Source of the DNA: a candidate division WOR-3 bacterium | GTDB lineage: Bacteria; SDB-A | DNA length: 37,919 bases | Reading direction: 5' to 3' | NCBI GenBank assembly: GCA_016934535.1 | Contig: JAFGSQ010000014.1 | Span: 1 to 37,919, forward strand | Shown: positions 17,459-25,727 of the stretch, piece after piece | How the letters are laid out: every line of letters begins with the position of its first letter | Numbering within the stretch: position 1 is the first letter of the stretch | Notes under the pieces: model-generated | What the model saw: the letters and a program-made list of their open reading frames with translations, nothing else | The model's database searches: none | What the model was told of the DNA's origin: nothing | Translations under genes and position numbers: made by a program

Positions 17459-20400
17459 TTTTTTTAATCCCGTTCAGCGTTTTAACTATCATTTTTCTCA
17501 GATTTTCATCCCTACGACGCTCCGCGGCTTTCAAAGATTTCTTGTAATGAATTGCCGCTTTTTCCTTATTGCCAGACACCCTGAAGGCTTCTCCAATGTT
17601 GAAAAGTATTACTGCTTCGTCTCCTGATTTGGTTTTCTCGGCAATTTCAAGAGCTTCACTGTAAAATTTCAAAGCTTTTTCCAATTCATTTTCGAACAAA
17701 GCGCCCATGGTGCTCAATGTGTGCATTAATCCTAATTTTACTTCTGTCCTTCTGTAAATGTTCACGGCCTGTTCGAGAAACTCAGCAGCTTTTAATTTAT
17801 TGCCCAGCTTCATGTAGATAGAACCCAAATTGTGAAGCGAAGAGGCTTGACCGGACATGTCTCCGATTTTTTTCTTTATCTCGTAAGACTTTATAAAGTA
17901 TGAAAGTGATTTTCTGACAAAACTTCTTTTCAGGTAGTTTATGCCTAAATTGTTATAAACCCCGGCCATCAATCGCCTGTTTTCTCTGAATTCCTTCAAA
18001 CCTATACATCTTTTCAGGCATTTTTCCGAATTCTCGTATTCAGAAAGCATATTGTAAACCGCTGCCATGTTCATCAAAACTTTTATCTGTCCAAAAGCCA
18101 GCGCGTTATCGGATGCGGTTTCGAGCGCTTGCTTGTATTTTTCAATTGCTTCTCTGTAATTTCCGTGGTTCCTGTAAATCAAGCCCATCATGTTTATCGC
18201 GTCGAGAGTAGTTAATGGGTCATTGGTCTTCGATATGAGATTTGCCGCTTCTTTTAATGTCGTTTCAGCTTCCAAGATATCGCCCATCGCCACTTGAACA
18301 CCTGCAATATTTACCGTGATCTTTGCTTCAATACTCTCTGATCCTGACTTTTTTGCCGACAGGAGAGAATCTTTTAATGTTTTTAAAGCGTTCTTTTTTT
18401 CACCTTTTGTTTCAAGGATCTGCCCGATTTTCAGCATGACTTCGGCATATTGCAGGTCGTTGCCTTTTTTCCTGTGGCTTTCTGCCATTTCAAAACATAT
18501 TTTTTCAGCGTCTTCCAGCGCGTACTTCTCCATGAGGTTTTTAACGTGAAGGTCAGCCCAATACAGCCATTTTCCGGTTACGCCGCTTTTTTTGGCTTGC
18601 TCATAGATCATGGCCGCTTCAGTTTCTCCGATTTTTCCCTGCTCCATTGCCGACAAAGCTTTTTTGTGCAGTTCCTGCCTTTCAGAAGGCATGAGAAGCT
18701 GGTAAGCTGCCTCCTGCAGAAGATTGTGAGAAAAAGACAACGTCTTTGCACCCTTCTCGATGAAAACATTTTTTTCAACTGCTTCGATAATAGATTTTTC
18801 AAGTTCGGTTTTTTTTGTCGCCAGAATATCGGAAAGAATGTCCTTCATGAATGAGTAACCCAGGATTGAAGCTGTTTTTACTGTATTTCTCGTCGTTTCC
18901 TCAAGCGTGTCAATCCTCGAAGTCAAAACGCCGTATAGAGTTGTAGGAAGCATGACTTTAGAATTCACACTATGTTCCTCGCCAAAGCTTTCTTTGAGTG
19001 TGATAGCCAGCTGTTCGGCGAAAAACGGGTTGCCCTGGGATTTTATGAGGAGTTCTTTCCCCATTTTTAATTGTTCGGTGAATCCGTAGTGTCCGATAAT
19101 GGTTTCAATACACTTTACACTCATTGGTTTCAAATCTATCCTCTGATAATCCAGCCCTTTCACAAAATCGGTAACCAATTTGCATTCTCTCGAAACGATA
19201 ATTACTGCCGCATTAAAATCCGTTTGATGTTTCAGAAGACGCAGGAAAAACTTCCTCGACAATTCGTCAACGAACTGAAAGTCATCGACCACGAGAATAA
19301 TTTTTCTTCCTCTTGAATTCGCTTTTATTAGGTCTATAAGGCAGTAAATTTGATTTTCAACTCTGTCTTTTTCCTCTGATTGCTCGTAAGCGCTTTTTAA
19401 AATCTTGTAACCGCACATTGAAGCGATAAAACTTGCGTAAGGCCTGAGATGTTCAAGAGGTCCCGACAGACTCTTTTGGATTTTCATGTATGCCGATTTT
19501 CGGGACTCGTCTTTTATATTCATCTGTTCCAGTATCCAGGGTTTAAAAGGATTCCACGGAATTTTTATCGTCCCGTCGCACCTGAGGTGATTTACCGCGT
19601 ACCGATCGTCCAGTTTTTTTATGAATTCATCGACGAGCCTGGTTTTTCCAATTCCCACGTCCCCAATTATCAAAACAGGTTTTTTTTCATTTTTTGAAAA
19701 GATAGACAATACGGATTGTGACAGTTTTGCCATTTCGATCTTTCTGCCCGAGAAAGGCGTTTGATATCTCGGATTTGAGACAAATTTCAATCCCTTCAAG
19801 ACGAACAGATCCTGTTTTTTTTTCTTGCCCTTGAGCCTTTCAGTATTGTACAAATCGTAAGAGGCAATGTCAGACGAGCACCGGGCAAGTGTTTCCGAAA
19901 CGATTATTTCGCCAGGTTCGGCTCTTGCCATCAGGCGGGCGGAAGTATTCACGACATCACCGATAACGGTCCATTCGTTCCTGAACAGACACCCTGTCAG
20001 CCCCGCATATGAAAGTCCGTAATCCAAACCTGCTTTGGCTCCGTGAATTTTTGAAACTACATCAGCGGCGAATCTCAATGAAAGCAAGTCGGCGTTTTCT
20101 CTCGCCTTGGGGGCGCCGAAAATAACGAGGGCTGTAAGCCCCTTGTCGCTGTATTCAACCTTGTTGAATAGACCGTAATACTTTACCGAGAGATCCGTGC
20201 ATGTTCTGGTCACTTTATCTACGAAACCATAGGAGTCGTCGTTTCCGAAATTGACAAAGACAGGAACGATCAATCTGATCTCAGCTCTTCTGCACGCGCT
20301 AAAAACAGAGTGAGGAATGAATCTGCCGAGAATATTCTGGGGAGCTACCGTGGTTTCGTTTATAATGGTTTTTCGCATCACTTCTGTTGAACGCGTTTTT

Positions 20401-20873
20401 TTCCGATTCTCGGTTTTGAATGCTTTTTTAACGGCTTCTCCGGCAAAATAATAACATGATCTTTCCGAATTTCCTGTTATTCCCCATTTTATATCACCGG
20501 TTGATTTGCCGAATTTGAGTGAAAGCCCCTTCGCTACTCCCTTTCTGAAAGTTACCGGCATGGAATTTACTGCTTTTGAAAGGTTTTTTCCGCTGTCTTC
20601 AGGGAATAAAGCGAGAAATGCGTCTCCGGCGAAACCTGACACAAATCCGTTGTTTTCGTAAACGATCCTGACCGGTTCGTCAAAGGCGGCAAAAAGGATT
20701 TTAGAAATCGTTTCCGCGCCTGTGTCGCCCCTCTTGAAAAGATTTTCAGTTTTAGATGTAAAACCTGTTATATCGACAAAAAGTGCGGATCCCCGAAACG
20801 ATCCTTTTTTTCTTTTCTCGTTTATTTTCTCCGATATAAAACCGGGTAATAAGGCAGATATTTCATCTATCAT
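17451..20873 (-). CDS. sAC/ADCY10-type tandem class III adenylate cyclase fused to STAND P-loop NTPase and TPR repeats
   Basis: C1: FVDITGFT, FAGDA. C2: NKVEYSDKG, TVIGDVVNTSARL. Walker A GDVGIGKT, Walker B ILVVDD, GNPFF, FSHNLLQEAAY, C-terminal TPRs (YNNLG, LHNLG, LFNIG). Confidence 0.9.
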   Translation of the reverse strand: MIDEISALLPGFISEKINEKRKKGSFRGSALFVDITGFTSKTENLFKRGDTGAETISKILFAAFDEPVRIVYENNGFVSGFAGDAFLALFPEDSGKNLSKAVNSMPVTFRKGVAKGLSLKFGKSTGDIKWGITGNSERSCYYFAGEAVKKAFKTENRKKTRSTEVMRKTIINETTVAPQNILGRFIPHSVFSACRRAEIRLIVPVFVNFGNDDSYGFVDKVTRTCTDLSVKYYGLFNKVEYSDKGLTALVIFGAPKARENADLLSLRFAADVVSKIHGAKAGLDYGLSYAGLTGCLFRNEWTVIGDVVNTSARLMARAEPGEIIVSETLARCSSDIASYDLYNTERLKGKKKKQDLFVLKGLKFVSNPRYQTPFSGRKIEMAKLSQSVLSIFSKNEKKPVLIIGDVGIGKTRLVDEFIKKLDDRYAVNHLRCDGTIKIPWNPFKPWILEQMNIKDESRKSAYMKIQKSLSGPLEHLRPYASFIASMCGYKILKSAYEQSEEKDRVENQIYCLIDLIKANSRGRKIILVVDDFQFVDELSRKFFLRLLKHQTDFNAAVIIVSRECKLVTDFVKGLDYQRIDLKPMSVKCIETIIGHYGFTEQLKMGKELLIKSQGNPFFAEQLAITLKESFGEEHSVNSKVMLPTTLYGVLTSRIDTLEETTRNTVKTASILGYSFMKDILSDILATKKTELEKSIIEAVEKNVFIEKGAKTLSFSHNLLQEAAYQLLMPSERQELHKKALSAMEQGKIGETEAAMIYEQAKKSGVTGKWLYWADLHVKNLMEKYALEDAEKICFEMAESHRKKGNDLQYAEVMLKIGQILETKGEKKNALKTLKDSLLSAKKSGSESIEAKITVNIAGVQVAMGDILEAETTLKEAANLISKTNDPLTTLDAINMMGLIYRNHGNYREAIEKYKQALETASDNALAFGQIKVLMNMAAVYNMLSEYENSEKCLKRCIGLKEFRENRRLMAGVYNNLGINYLKRSFVRKSLSYFIKSYEIKKKIGDMSGQASSLHNLGSIYMKLGNKLKAAEFLEQAVNIYRRTEVKLGLMHTLSTMGALFENELEKALKFYSEALEIAEKTKSGDEAVILFNIGEAFRVSGNKEKAAIHYKKSLKAAERRRDENLRKMIVKTLNGIKKND

Positions 20874-20884
20874 CGGTAATTAGT

Positions 20885-20914
20885 ATGATATAATGAGTGG
20901 AGTCTGTCGTGCAA
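20885..20914. promoter_or_regulatory. Overlapping divergent promoters
   Basis: Plus extended -10 TG-A-TATAAT (20886-20894). Minus TTGCAC(20914-20909)-N18-TATCAT(20890-20885). Confidence 0.55.
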
Positions 20915-20952
20915 TTATTATGATTGACTCGGGTTGTTAAAAAGGAGGCTAT

Positions 20953-21840
20953 ATGAAACTCAGACATTTAATGCTTTTTATCACAGTGATTTTGTCAATT
21001 GTCTTTTCATGTTCAAAAACAAATTCCCCGGAAAATCCCGAACCGGGTCATCTGGACAACCAGGCAATAACCGACCTCATCAACGACGAATACGCCAACC
21101 TTCTCGGAGATCCTTCGCATTACGGCACAGAAGATACAATATCCGGCGGAACCTTCAACAAATACGATATAATACCCATTTTTTGGTATCGAGGAATCCC
21201 GTACGAACTGACAAAGGATTTGGACATTGATATTCACGGCGACACAGCCGATGTATCTTTTGTTTTCTCCGTCTCAGGTCCTTTTCGCATTTTTTATACC
21301 GACAGTTTTTATATGGATTCGGTAATAAAATCTTATTCGGACAACGTAACAAGAGTCGCCAGATTTGAAAGAGTAGGGTCGATTACCGATCCGGACAGGG
21401 GTTGGAGATTGAGAGGCTTGTCGATGACTCAAGTCCGCTCGGCAGGATCGGGAGTGATAATTGACAGCGTATTGATTGTCTGTCAGGACACTACTTTTTT
21501 TCTCGACAGAAACTATTTTGAGCACATTCACAGAGTGACGGACAGTCTCAACGAAATCGTCCAGATCCGTCAGAACGATTCATTCACAATTGTTCTTTTT
21601 TCGAGCGGAGATACGGCTTGCGCTTTTCTCCATTTTTCATGGCCGAACAATCACAAAAGAGGTATTCTGGCTGAAACACAACACGGCATTCACAGAAGAA
21701 GATTCGCTCTCGGAGACACTTCTCTCGCTGAGATTATCATTTTCACTTTTGACGCCATTTACAGAAGAACTCTTTTCACGGACACTGGATCGTATTACTC
21801 CACAGGATACTCGGTGCCCGTCAAAGTTCTTGTTCAATAA
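20953..21840 (+). CDS. Hypothetical lipoprotein, predicted beta-rich
   Basis: AGGAGG SD; basic N-terminus, hydrophobic stretch, VFSC lipobox; no recognised domain. Confidence 0.8.
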   Translation: MKLRHLMLFITVILSIVFSCSKTNSPENPEPGHLDNQAITDLINDEYANLLGDPSHYGTEDTISGGTFNKYDIIPIFWYRGIPYELTKDLDIDIHGDTADVSFVFSVSGPFRIFYTDSFYMDSVIKSYSDNVTRVARFERVGSITDPDRGWRLRGLSMTQVRSAGSGVIIDSVLIVCQDTTFFLDRNYFEHIHRVTDSLNEIVQIRQNDSFTIVLFSSGDTACAFLHFSWPNNHKRGILAETQHGIHRRRFALGDTSLAEIIIFTFDAIYRRTLFTDTGSYYSTGYSVPVKVLVQ

Positions 21841-21887
21841 AATCAAAATAATTAAGACAGATTGTATGCACTGCCGCTTTCAAGAAC

Positions 21888-22652
21888 TTAATCTCCATAC
21901 TGATCAGAAGGCGGTTTGAAAGTTGAAAGCTCTACAGGACTGATCACTGAAATGGAATCAATTTCAATCACTTGTTTCATGTACAAAGAGTCTATCAGAA
22001 CAACAGTCTTGAAAGGGTAGGTGACGCCTTCTACCTCCCTGAAGTCGGACATCAGTGAAATCGTCCTCATCTCAGGCGTCAGGACGGTCTCTTTGACGAG
22101 AAGATATGACGAAGTGTCGTAGTATCTTATGACAGTGTCTTGATTCAGAGAATTTGTCAGCTCTATAACAAAAAGAGGAACATCGTACGCCGTGTCCAAT
22201 CCAAGACATCTGATGTTGAATATATCCGAATTCCTGTCGAGCTCGGCGTGCGAGGAGAATAGCTTTTTTATCTCTATTCTCGAAAGTGTTCTTTCGTCCT
22301 CCTCGACAACAAGATTGCCGTTTATGTCTATCCGCCAGTTAACCTCACCGTCGCATCCGGAAATTACTTTCATCGAGCCGAAATCCGCTTCTGTTTTTTC
22401 ATACGATTCAAGCTGTGTCAGGCTCTTAAATGTTCCCTGTATTTGAGTCCCTTCAATTGAAATTCTGCCTTCTGTATAAACTGTTCTGTGCGTCAGTATT
22501 CTGCCGATTCCGCCGAGGGCTTCTGCATTTTTTCCGAGGATACCGTAAGGATCTCTGCCGACCAATTTTCCGCTTGGTTTGATCGATTTCCCGCAGGACA
22601 AAATAATTAACAATGTTATTGCCAGTAATGCCGATCGCGTTGTCTTATTCAA
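21888..22652 (-). CDS. Lipoprotein, possibly LolA-like/lipoprotein-sorting fold
   Basis: GGAG SD before TTG at 22652 (overlaps upstream stop); ILSC lipobox; AEALGG..., YYDTSSYLLVK and SDFREVEGVTYPF motifs. Confidence 0.7.
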   Translation of the reverse strand: MNKTTRSALLAITLLIILSCGKSIKPSGKLVGRDPYGILGKNAEALGGIGRILTHRTVYTEGRISIEGTQIQGTFKSLTQLESYEKTEADFGSMKVISGCDGEVNWRIDINGNLVVEEDERTLSRIEIKKLFSSHAELDRNSDIFNIRCLGLDTAYDVPLFVIELTNSLNQDTVIRYYDTSSYLLVKETVLTPEMRTISLMSDFREVEGVTYPFKTVVLIDSLYMKQVIEIDSISVISPVELSTFKPPSDQYGD

Positions 22653-23292
22653 ATATTTCTCCTGCCGCGCTTCGATCCAGTATGAATATTTTTCCCAACT
22701 CTTCTGAAACATTTTTGGCCTGTTTTTCTTTGAATTTGAAATCGCTTCCGCATAGTCCGATAACATCTTCTGTTAAAAGAACTTCTCCGGCTGATGCTAC
22801 TTCCTCTCCGAGTTTACTCGCTTTGTTGACCGCGGATCCGTAAACGTCGAAATCGCCGATTTTCAGGATCTTTCCGCAGCTTATTCCGACGCACAGAAGA
22901 ACCTTCTCTTCGTCTGCCCTGGTTCTGTTATACTCTTCAAGACACTCCTGCATGGCTCTCGAACACTCGACGGCCTTATTGACGTTCCGGAATATGACGA
23001 GCATGCTGTCGCCTTCCATCTTTATAAGAATTCCGTCAAACTCTTCTATCACAGGAACCAAAAGTCTTTCGGATTCATAAATTGTCTGTAGAAAGTGGAC
23101 TATCCCGAACTGCTCGACTTTTCTGGAAAAACCCGTCAGATCAGTGAACATTATTGCCCATTCTTCGCCGAAAAGGTCCCATATTTTTTCGTCTATTCTT
23201 TTTTTGTCGGCTCCTTCCATCAATCTTTGAGCGAGAAGCTTTGACAGCCTTGCTTCGGAAGAAGAAAATCTAATATTTCTCGAATATATCAT
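22645..23292 (-). CDS. Stand-alone class III nucleotide cyclase
   Basis: MFTDLTGFS, IKMEGDSML, DVYGSAVNKASKL; GAGG SD. Confidence 0.88.
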   Translation of the reverse strand: MIYSRNIRFSSSEARLSKLLAQRLMEGADKKRIDEKIWDLFGEEWAIMFTDLTGFSRKVEQFGIVHFLQTIYESERLLVPVIEEFDGILIKMEGDSMLVIFRNVNKAVECSRAMQECLEEYNRTRADEEKVLLCVGISCGKILKIGDFDVYGSAVNKASKLGEEVASAGEVLLTEDVIGLCGSDFKFKEKQAKNVSEELGKIFILDRSAAGEIFE

Positions 23293-23339
23293 GCTGTCCT
23301 CTCTTTGCCGTCAAGGCAGTTTCAAATGTTCAAAACATC

Positions 23340-23351
23340 TGTTATAATAAC
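23340..23351. promoter_or_regulatory. Palindromic bidirectional -10 element
   Basis: Plus TG-T-TATAAT (23340-23348), minus TATTAT (23349-23344), within the palindrome GTTAT-A-ATAAC. Confidence 0.5.
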
Positions 23352-23440
23352 CTGAATATCACAAAAAGAAATTATAAAACAGAATCTTCAGCAAAAGAAA
23401 CAACTCTGTAAACTAAACAGACAAACTTCGGAGTGAATCA

Positions 23441-25627
23441 ATAAAAACGACTGCGGGAAAAAAAGAATTTACAATCCTGCTTTTATTAACTTCCGTATAC
23501 ACCGCGGCGGGAATTATATACTTACTGCAGATCTCAAAGAATCCGTTTTTCTCTTTTCCATTCGGAGATCCTTTGTATTTCGACAAATACGCACAGCAAA
23601 TAGCCGGTGGAAACCTTTTGGGGAACGAAATATTTCACAAGGCCCCGCTGTATCAGTATTTTTTGGGTTTGATCTACGCGCTTTTCGGACATAATTACGC
23701 GGTGCCGAGACTGATCCAGGTTATGATGGGTTCGGCTACTACGGTTTTGGTTTTCTTTACCGCCAGAAAATTGTTCGGAAGAGCCGCGGGGTGGACCGCT
23801 TTCGTGCTGTCCGCTTTAAACGGCGTGTCAATATATTTTTCGGGCGAACTTCTAATGCCTACGCTTTTATCTTTTTTCATGCTCGTGTCGGCGGCGGTTT
23901 TCATGAAAGCTTTCGAAACGAAATCTTTGCTCCTTCACTTTGCATCTGGAATATGCTTCGGATTGACCTCGATAACCAGACCGAATTTCCTCGCGCCGGT
24001 TTTTATATTTCTCCTCATAATTACTTTGTCAGGTAAAAAGGATTTTATACCGAAACTTGCTTTGATCCTCGCCGGCCTTTTAATCACAGTTCTTCCTGTC
24101 ACAATCAGGAATTATGCCGTTGGAAATGATTTCGTTCCGATTTCTTCCCAGGGAGGTGTAATATTTTATATAGGTAATAATACTTTTTCAGACGGCATGT
24201 CGGCAGTAATACCCGGAACGGGTGACGACTGGGACGAAATTGCCCTGGCAGAAAGAGAAACGGGCAAGCCGATGAGACCTTCGGAAGCTTCCAATTTCTG
24301 GTTTAAAAAAGCGCTGGGCGAAATAGCAAAAAAGCCGGGAACGTTCGCGAAGTTAATGCTTATGAAAATCCTTTATTTTATTAACGGATACGAGATACCC
24401 AACAATCAGAACATCTATCTGGCTTCCAAGGGCACTTATGTTTCAGCCCTGGTGAAAAAGATACCTCTTTTCGGTGATTTTTGGCTTTATGTCCCTTCCG
24501 GAATAATTGTGCCCATGGGTATTTCGGGAATGTTTCTGGCGTTTTTCAAAAAGAGGAAAACTTCAGTGATTCCCGCACTTTTGATACTGTCATATTCGGC
24601 TTCCATCATCGTTTTTTGCGTTTTCAGCAGGCTGAGAGCCCCTCTTCTGCAGTTTTTCACTCTATTCGCCGCTTTTTTCGCCGTGACTGTCATAAGGGAA
24701 GCAAATAACAAAAAAATCTCGGTTCCATCGTCCTTGCTTTTTCTCGCGTTTCTCGGTATTTCAAATTACCGGTTCGTCAGGTCGGAATTTTCTTCGGCGG
24801 CGATGTACCATTTCAACCTCGGTTTGAAATACTACGCAGAATCGGATTTCAGAATCGCGGCTTCAGAATTTCAGAATTGCCTCAGGCTAGAACCGGGCTA
24901 TCCCAGGGCAAATCTTAATCTGGGACTGATATCATACAATACAGGAGATTTGAAAAGCGCAGAAAAGTTCTACGAACTTGAAATCCTATATAACCCCAAC
25001 GAAGCCAGATCATACAACAACTTGGCTGTTCTTTATTCCCGAATGGGACATGATTCTCTTTCAGTTGAAAACTGGAAAAAAGCCGTTTATTTAAATCCCC
25101 GTTATACAGAAGCGCGTCTCAACCTCGGAGCAAAATACGAAAACCTCGGTTTTCAGGACTCGGCTCTGAATATCTACCTTTCTATCCTTTCGTACGACAA
25201 ATTTTCAGAAACGACATATTCAGGCATTGCCAGAATCTACCAGAGAAAAGGGTTGATTAAAGAATCCGCCGAAAATTATGAAAAAGCGATATCAATCAAC
25301 CCCGAAAACCACGAAAATTACTTCAATTACTCACTTCTATATTCCGAATCCGCCGATTACGGCAATGCGATCCGTCTTCTTGAAAAATCTGTCGGTTTAC
25401 GTCCTGATTTTGCCGCGGGGTACAACAATCTAGGTTTGTGTTTTTTTTACTCGGGCGAAATCGAAAAAGCTCTATTGTCTCTTAAAAAAGCAGTCTCTCT
25501 GGATTACCAGTCGGTTCAGACTCATTTGGCCCTGGCAATGGTCTATGAGTCAATAGGAGAAACCGACAGTGCCGATTCCGAGCGAACCGTCGCCGCATCT
25601 CTGACAGGAACCCGTGAAGATTTTTAG
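23441..25627 (+). CDS. GT-C fold (ArnT/PMT-like) membrane glycosyltransferase with C-terminal TPRs; start extended to ATA 23441
   Basis: Multiple TM helices, D..YFD loop, APLYQYFL, TRPN, RNY, C-terminal TPRs (NLG, YNNLA, YNNLG). A first TM helix lies upstream of the track's TTG 23573. Confidence 0.85.
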   Translation: MKTTAGKKEFTILLLLTSVYTAAGIIYLLQISKNPFFSFPFGDPLYFDKYAQQIAGGNLLGNEIFHKAPLYQYFLGLIYALFGHNYAVPRLIQVMMGSATTVLVFFTARKLFGRAAGWTAFVLSALNGVSIYFSGELLMPTLLSFFMLVSAAVFMKAFETKSLLLHFASGICFGLTSITRPNFLAPVFIFLLIITLSGKKDFIPKLALILAGLLITVLPVTIRNYAVGNDFVPISSQGGVIFYIGNNTFSDGMSAVIPGTGDDWDEIALAERETGKPMRPSEASNFWFKKALGEIAKKPGTFAKLMLMKILYFINGYEIPNNQNIYLASKGTYVSALVKKIPLFGDFWLYVPSGIIVPMGISGMFLAFFKKRKTSVIPALLILSYSASIIVFCVFSRLRAPLLQFFTLFAAFFAVTVIREANNKKISVPSSLLFLAFLGISNYRFVRSEFSSAAMYHFNLGLKYYAESDFRIAASEFQNCLRLEPGYPRANLNLGLISYNTGDLKSAEKFYELEILYNPNEARSYNNLAVLYSRMGHDSLSVENWKKAVYLNPRYTEARLNLGAKYENLGFQDSALNIYLSILSYDKFSETTYSGIARIYQRKGLIKESAENYEKAISINPENHENYFNYSLLYSESADYGNAIRLLEKSVGLRPDFAAGYNNLGLCFFYSGEIEKALLSLKKAVSLDYQSVQTHLALAMVYESIGETDSADSERTVAASLTGTREDF

Positions 25628-25653
25628 ATTTGTCAGATTTCGACAACACGCAA

Positions 25654-25682
25654 TTGACTGTGGTCTCTTTTTAAAGTAATAT
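25654..25682 (+). promoter_or_regulatory. Sigma70-type promoter of the threonine dehydrogenase-kbl operon
   Basis: TTGACT-N17-TAATAT; AGGAGG SD further downstream. Confidence 0.6.
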
Positions 25683-25727
25683 TCCGTTTTCGACCCCATT
25701 TTATACTCAAAACGCTCTAAAGGAGGC

